This document shows, piece after piece, positions 59,965-64,000 of a DNA stretch of 64,000 bases. This DNA comes from an uncultured Planctomycetales bacterium (lineage in GTDB: Bacteria; Planctomycetota; UBA1135). A program made the position numbers and the translations under genes. The DNA lies in assembly GCA_964342475.1 (NCBI GenBank), contig CAYFGE010000006.1, forward strand, positions 92,626 to 156,625. Reading direction: 5' to 3'. A model generated the notes under the pieces. It had not been told where the DNA came from and ran no database searches. It saw only the letters and a program-made list of their open reading frames with translations. The first letter of the stretch is position 1, and every line of letters begins with the position of its first letter.

Positions 59965-61304
59965 CGGCGCAGCCGCTCGACGTCCTCGAGGTCGCGCGGC
60001 ACCCTCGCGGTGAGCAGCTCGTGGCCGTCCTCGGTGATCAGCACCACGTCCTCGATGCGGATGCCGAGCGCCTCGTCGCGCAGGTAGACCCCCGGCTCGA
60101 TGGTGATCACCATGCCGGGCTCGAACTTCGCCATGACGTTGCCGACGTCGTGCGTCGCCATGCCCAGCCAGTGGCCGATGCCGTGCGGCGGCTGCCCCGG
60201 GAAGCCGCGGCGGCGCAGCTCGGCCACCGCCGCGCGGTGCACGCGCATGATGTCGCTGCCGGGGCGGCACTCGGCGAAGGCCGCCTCCTGCGCGGCGTGG
60301 ACCGCCTCGTAGACCTCGCGCTGCCGATCGCTGAAGCGGCGCCCGGAGGGCCACGAGCGCGACACGTCCGCCACGTAGTGCTGGTACTCGGCGCCGTAGT
60401 CGATCATGACGACCTCGTCCTCCCCCACCGCGCGGCCGTTGGCGTTGTAGTGGAGCACGCAGGCGTTCGGCCCGCTGCCGACGATCGTCGCGTAGGCCGG
60501 CCCCATCGCACCGAGGCGCAGCATGGTGGCGGTCATCTCGGCGGCGAGCTGCCACTCGCGCACGCCGGGCTCGGTCATCCGCATGGCCGCGACGTGGGCC
60601 TCGCCGCTGATCTCGCAGGCGCGGCGCATGGCCGCGATCTCGGGCGCGGTCTTCACCACGCGCAGCGCGTCGAGCATCACGGTGAGGTCCTTGACCTCGA
60701 CGCCGTAGCGCTCCTCGAGCACCGCGCGCAGGCGCTCGCCGCGGCCGGGGCGGCCGTCGAACAGGTCGTTGCGGCGGGCGCGCGCCGCGGCCTGCAGGTT
60801 GTCCCGGCTCATCATCCAGTTCTCGGCCGGCTGGACCTGGACGAGGAAGGTGTCGTGCTGCTCGGCCAGCTCGGAGAGCAGCGCGTCGAGGCCGCCGTGG
60901 GCGCGGCCGCCGGCGTGCAGGTCGCGGCTGTCCTCGATGCCGGTGAGGGCCGCGGCCTCCTCGGGGTCGATCAGGTCGCCCATCCAGCTCTCCATCGCCG
61001 GGTCGGCCGGCGGCACGAGCAGGGTCTGCTGCCCGGTGCTCGGCACGAGCACGAGGACGGCGTTCGGCGTGGTCAGGCCGGTGAAGTACCAGAAGTTGTT
61101 GTCCTGACGGAACTCGCGGTAGTCCGCGGCGTCGCCGGCACCGCGCAGGACGATCACCCCTTCGCCGGCGCGCTCCATCAGCGCGGCGCGGCGGCCGGCG
61201 TGCCAGGCGGCGTCGAACAGCTCCTGGCCGCGGCCGTCCTCGGGAGCCTGCTGGGGAAGGGACGCGGCGGCGGCCGCGAGGAGCGCGAGGAGAGCGGGCG
61301 GCAT
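59961..61304 (-). CDS. pepP: Xaa-Pro aminopeptidase (M24B), secreted
   Basis: Signal MPPALLALLAAAAA. M24 metal ligands in VMIDYGAEYQHYVADVSR, HGIGHWLGMATHD, VITIEPG, IRIEDVV. Confidence 0.85.
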   Translation of the reverse strand: MPPALLALLAAAAASLPQQAPEDGRGQELFDAAWHAGRRAALMERAGEGVIVLRGAGDAADYREFRQDNNFWYFTGLTTPNAVLVLVPSTGQQTLLVPPADPAMESWMGDLIDPEEAAALTGIEDSRDLHAGGRAHGGLDALLSELAEQHDTFLVQVQPAENWMMSRDNLQAAARARRNDLFDGRPGRGERLRAVLEERYGVEVKDLTVMLDALRVVKTAPEIAAMRRACEISGEAHVAAMRMTEPGVREWQLAAEMTATMLRLGAMGPAYATIVGSGPNACVLHYNANGRAVGEDEVVMIDYGAEYQHYVADVSRSWPSGRRFSDRQREVYEAVHAAQEAAFAECRPGSDIMRVHRAAVAELRRRGFPGQPPHGIGHWLGMATHDVGNVMAKFEPGMVITIEPGVYLRDEALGIRIEDVVLITEDGHELLTARVPRDLEDVERLRR

Positions 61305-61314
61305 GGGGTGGGCG

Positions 61315-61320
61315 ATTCTA
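61315..61320 (-). promoter_or_regulatory. candidate -10 box TAGAAT, 10 nt upstream of ATG 61304
   Basis: The reverse complement reads TAGAATcgcccaccccATG. Confidence 0.45.
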
Positions 61321-61336
61321 CGCCGCGTCTGGGAAG

Positions 61337-62518
61337 ATGCGGCCCGTGGACGCGCCCCTCTACCTCGACCACGCCTCGACCGCGCCGCCGCTGCCGGAGG
61401 CCCTCGCCGCCTTCGAGCAGGCGGCGCGCGGCGCCTACGCCAACCCGAGCTCGCCGCACGGCCTCGGCGCCGAGGCCGCGCGCGTCCTCGAGCGGGCGCG
61501 GCGCGAGTTGCGCGCCGCCTTCGGCGCCGAGGGCTACCGCGTCGTCCTGACCGGTACTGGCACCGAGAGCGACCACCTCGGCATCCAGGGGCTGGCGCGG
61601 CGGCAGCGGGCGAAGGCCGAGCGCGCGGCCGGCGGCGGCCCGCCGCGGGTCCTGATCGGCGCCAACGAGCACCCCGCCGCGCGCGACGCCGCGCACGCGC
61701 TCGGGGCCGAGGGCTTCGCCGTCGCGGAGGTCCCGGTCGACGCCGGCGGGGTGGTGCAGCCGGCCGCCCTGGCCGGGTGCCTGGGCCCCGACGTGGCCCT
61801 GGTCGCCGTGATGTGGGGCAACAACGAGGTCGGCTGCCTCAACCCGGTGGCCGAGCTGGTGGCGGTGACCCGCGCGCGCGCGCCACACGCCGCCTTCCAC
61901 TGCGACGCGGTGCAGGCGGCGGCCAAGCGCCCCGAGACCTTCGACGAGCTCGGCGCCGACGCCTTCGCCGTCGCGGCGCACAAGATCGGCGGCGTGCGCG
62001 GCTGCGCCGCCCTGCTGCTGCGCGAGGGCGGGCCGCGGCCCGTGCCTGCCTTCGTCGGCGGCGGCCACGAGGACGGTCTGCGCTCCGGCACCGAGAACGT
62101 GATGGGCGCGGCCGCCTTCGCCGCGGCCGCCCGCGCGCGGCGCGCGCGCCTCGACCGCGAGCCGCGCGCCTGGCTCGAGCGCCGCGCCCGCCTGCTCGCC
62201 GAGCTGCGCCGCGTCGCCCCCGACCTCGTCGTGCTCGGCCCCGAGGACGAGGCGCAGGTGCAGGGCTCGATCCTCAGCGTGGCCTTCCCCGGGCAGCGCG
62301 CCGAGCCCCTCCTCCACCGCCTCGAGGCTGCCGGGGTCTACGTCGGCAGCGGCAGCGCCTGCAGCCACGGCGGCCACACCGAGTCGCCCGTCCTCGCGGC
62401 CATGGGCTTCCCCCGCGAGCTGCGCAACTCCGTGCTGCGCTTCTCGCTCGAGGGCTCGGAGAGCGCGGACGAGCTCGTCCGCGTCGCCGACGCGGTCGGC
62501 GCGGCGCTGGCCGGCTGA
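61337..62518 (+). CDS. class V aminotransferase-fold cysteine desulfurase (NifS/IscS-like)
   Basis: YLDHASTAP, AVAAHKIGG (PLP Lys), GSGSACSHG (active-site Cys loop). Confidence 0.85.
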   Translation: MRPVDAPLYLDHASTAPPLPEALAAFEQAARGAYANPSSPHGLGAEAARVLERARRELRAAFGAEGYRVVLTGTGTESDHLGIQGLARRQRAKAERAAGGGPPRVLIGANEHPAARDAAHALGAEGFAVAEVPVDAGGVVQPAALAGCLGPDVALVAVMWGNNEVGCLNPVAELVAVTRARAPHAAFHCDAVQAAAKRPETFDELGADAFAVAAHKIGGVRGCAALLLREGGPRPVPAFVGGGHEDGLRSGTENVMGAAAFAAAARARRARLDREPRAWLERRARLLAELRRVAPDLVVLGPEDEAQVQGSILSVAFPGQRAEPLLHRLEAAGVYVGSGSACSHGGHTESPVLAAMGFPRELRNSVLRFSLEGSESADELVRVADAVGAALAG

Positions 62519-62536
62519 GCCGGCCGCCGGCCGGGT

Positions 62537-62571
62537 GGAAAAGAAGGCGGGGACCGTCGCCGGCCCCCGCC
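62537..62571 (-). terminator. terminator-like hairpin downstream of nrdJ
   Basis: The minus strand reads GGCGGGG-N12-CCCCGCC followed by TTCTTTTCC. Confidence 0.5.
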
Positions 62572-62597
62572 TCGAACCTCAGAGACAGTCGGTCAAC

Positions 62598-64000
62598 TCA
62601 GCACTGGCTGTAACCGCAGCCGTAGCACTTGCAGCAACCTTCTTCGAAGGTGAGCACACCCTCGCAGGCCGGGCACTTGACCTTGAAGGCGCCGCCGGTG
62701 CCGCTGCCGAGCTTGGCGCCGGGCTTGGGAGTCATCGCCGGCGCAGGAGCGGTCGCGGTCAGCGTGGTCGCGGCGGGGTCGACCTCGCCGAGCAGGATGG
62801 CGGTCAGGCCGTGCTCCTGCTTGGTCCAGAGGTACTTCCGCAGCGCCTTGGCCAGACCGTCGGCCAGGGACATGATGCGGCCGTCCTTCGACGGCACGGT
62901 GAGCGAGCTGCCGATGCCCTCCAGCTGCTGCAGCGACATCTCGAGGCGGCCGCCGCAACGCAGGAAGAGGCTGATCATGCGGCAGATCGCCTCGAGGTCG
63001 GAGTTGGCGACGTCGCCGCCCTTGCCCAGCTGGGCGAAGACCTCCATCTCGCGGTCGGCCTTCGGGTCGACCGAGATCTTGACGTGGACGTTGCCGAAGG
63101 GGGTCATCTGCCGCACGCGCACGCAGGGCATGATCTCGGGCAGGCGCATCGGCGCGATCTCCCGGGTGGCGGGATCCTCGACCGGCTTGGCCTCGGCCTT
63201 CTTCTCCTTCTTCAGCGCCATCGGCTGCATGTCGCGGCAGCCGTCGCGGTAGACGGTGACGCCCTTGCAGCCCTCGCGCCAGGCCAGCAGGTAGGCCGTG
63301 CGCACGTCGTCCGTGGTCGCCTCGTGCGGCAGGTTGATCGTCTTCGACACCGCGTTGTCGATGTGCGCCTGCCAGGCGGCCTGCATCATGATGTGCTCCT
63401 CCGGCACCACGTCGTGGGCCGTGACGAACACCTTCTTCAGGTCCTCGGGCAGGTCGGTGTGGGCGATCGTGCCGTCGGCGAGCGCGCCGTCGATGGCCTG
63501 CTCGACCTTGGCCGGGCTGCAGCCCGCCTTCTCCATCGCCTTGCGGAAGGCCGGGTTGACCTCCTTCATGACCACCGGCTTGCCGTCGGCGTTCTTCATG
63601 ACCTGGCGCTGGAAGGCGAGCGAGAACAGCGGCTCGATGCCGCCCGAGCAGCCGGCGATGATCGAGATCGTGCCGGTCGGGGCGACGGTGGTGAGGTGGC
63701 TGTTGCGGCGCGGGGCCTTGCCCTCGAGCTGCGGCTGGCTGCCCTCCCAGGCGCCGAAGGGCTCGCGGCCGTCCTCGCTGACCAGCTGCTCCGAGGCGAC
63801 GATGGCCTGGTCGCGCAGGCGCTTGCCGATCACGCGACCGACCTCGTAGCTCTTCTCCGAGCCGTAGCGGATGCCCAGCTTGTAGAGCAGGTCGGCGAAG
63901 CCCATGACGCCGAGGCCGATGCGGCGCTCGAGGTCGGCCTGCTCGCGGATCTCGTCGATCGGGAAGCGGTTGATCGAGACCACGTCGTCGAGGAAGCGGA
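62598..64000 (-). CDS. nrdJ: class II (adenosylcobalamin-dependent) ribonucleotide reductase, C-terminal part; 5' end beyond window
   Basis: TVAPTGTISIIAGCSGGIEPLFS, KTINLPHEATTDDV, WREGCKGVTVYRDGCR, and a C-terminal zinc-ribbon-like CPACEG...CCKCYGCGYSQC. The frame stays open to nt 64000. Confidence 0.9.
   Translation of the reverse strand, partial: RFLDDVVSINRFPIDEIREQADLERRIGLGVMGFADLLYKLGIRYGSEKSYEVGRVIGKRLRDQAIVASEQLVSEDGREPFGAWEGSQPQLEGKAPRRNSHLTTVAPTGTISIIAGCSGGIEPLFSLAFQRQVMKNADGKPVVMKEVNPAFRKAMEKAGCSPAKVEQAIDGALADGTIAHTDLPEDLKKVFVTAHDVVPEEHIMMQAAWQAHIDNAVSKTINLPHEATTDDVRTAYLLAWREGCKGVTVYRDGCRDMQPMALKKEKKAEAKPVEDPATREIAPMRLPEIMPCVRVRQMTPFGNVHVKISVDPKADREMEVFAQLGKGGDVANSDLEAICRMISLFLRCGGRLEMSLQQLEGIGSSLTVPSKDGRIMSLADGLAKALRKYLWTKQEHGLTAILLGEVDPAATTLTATAPAPAMTPKPGAKLGSGTGGAFKVKCPACEGVLTFEEGCCKCYGCGYSQC

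Overview
Very GC-rich bacterial chromosomal segment; codon third positions are almost uniformly G/C. Nearly every real gene is therefore shadowed by long Arg/Ala/Gly/Pro-rich ORFs in other frames. I chose frames by recognisable family motifs, third-position G/C and start/stop coupling, and call 51 protein genes. No rRNA, tRNA, CRISPR array, transposase or integrase is visible. Left to right: (1) a sigma-54 activator with an extra HPt-like tail, an isochorismatase-like hydrolase, a PAS histidine kinase and a CheY-like receiver; (2) a chimeric metal permease coupled to an M16 protease; (3) a NuoEF-like subunit plus a selenocysteine (in-frame UGA with SECIS hairpin) formate dehydrogenase alpha subunit, then a radical SAM gene; (4) two secreted unknowns and a POT peptide transporter whose leaderless ATG is out of frame across a C8 tract; (5) an ~18.5 kb Wzx/Wzy-type exopolysaccharide locus. 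This locus has a priming transferase, two GT4 enzymes, a flippase, a Wza-like exporter, a Wzc-like protein with a degenerate kinase domain, a Wzy/O-antigen-ligase-like protein, a GNAT, a CelD/FemAB-like acyltransferase and a CE4 deacetylase. It also contains membrane-anchored sulfatase-like paralogs that carry Thr where sulfatases have the Cys/Ser nucleophile; (6) UspA, an M20 peptidase, a GHMP-kinase-like protein with a histone-H1-like tail, and an FN3/CxxCH lipoprotein; (7) ispG; (8) the most unusual block: a tightly coupled operon of a DUF155-like membrane protein, a papain/C39-like peptidase, a RimK-like ATP-grasp ligase with an N-terminal extension, a GCS2 carboxylate-amine ligase, an FGase-like amidohydrolase and a radical SAM protein; (9) a sigma-54-promoted hsp20 and a candidate ~108-nt sigma-54-dependent small RNA ending in a strong intrinsic terminator; (10) housekeeping genes (thioesterase, hydrolase, rluD-like, rpsU, recD2, TPR/GT-C glycosyltransferase, pepP, cysteine desulfurase, partial nrdJ). 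A recurring TAGAAT/TAnnnT box lies 6-10 nt upstream of many start codons, suggesting widespread leaderless mRNAs. Taxonomy cannot be fixed from sequence alone. All family calls come from motif recognition by eye, not from database searches.
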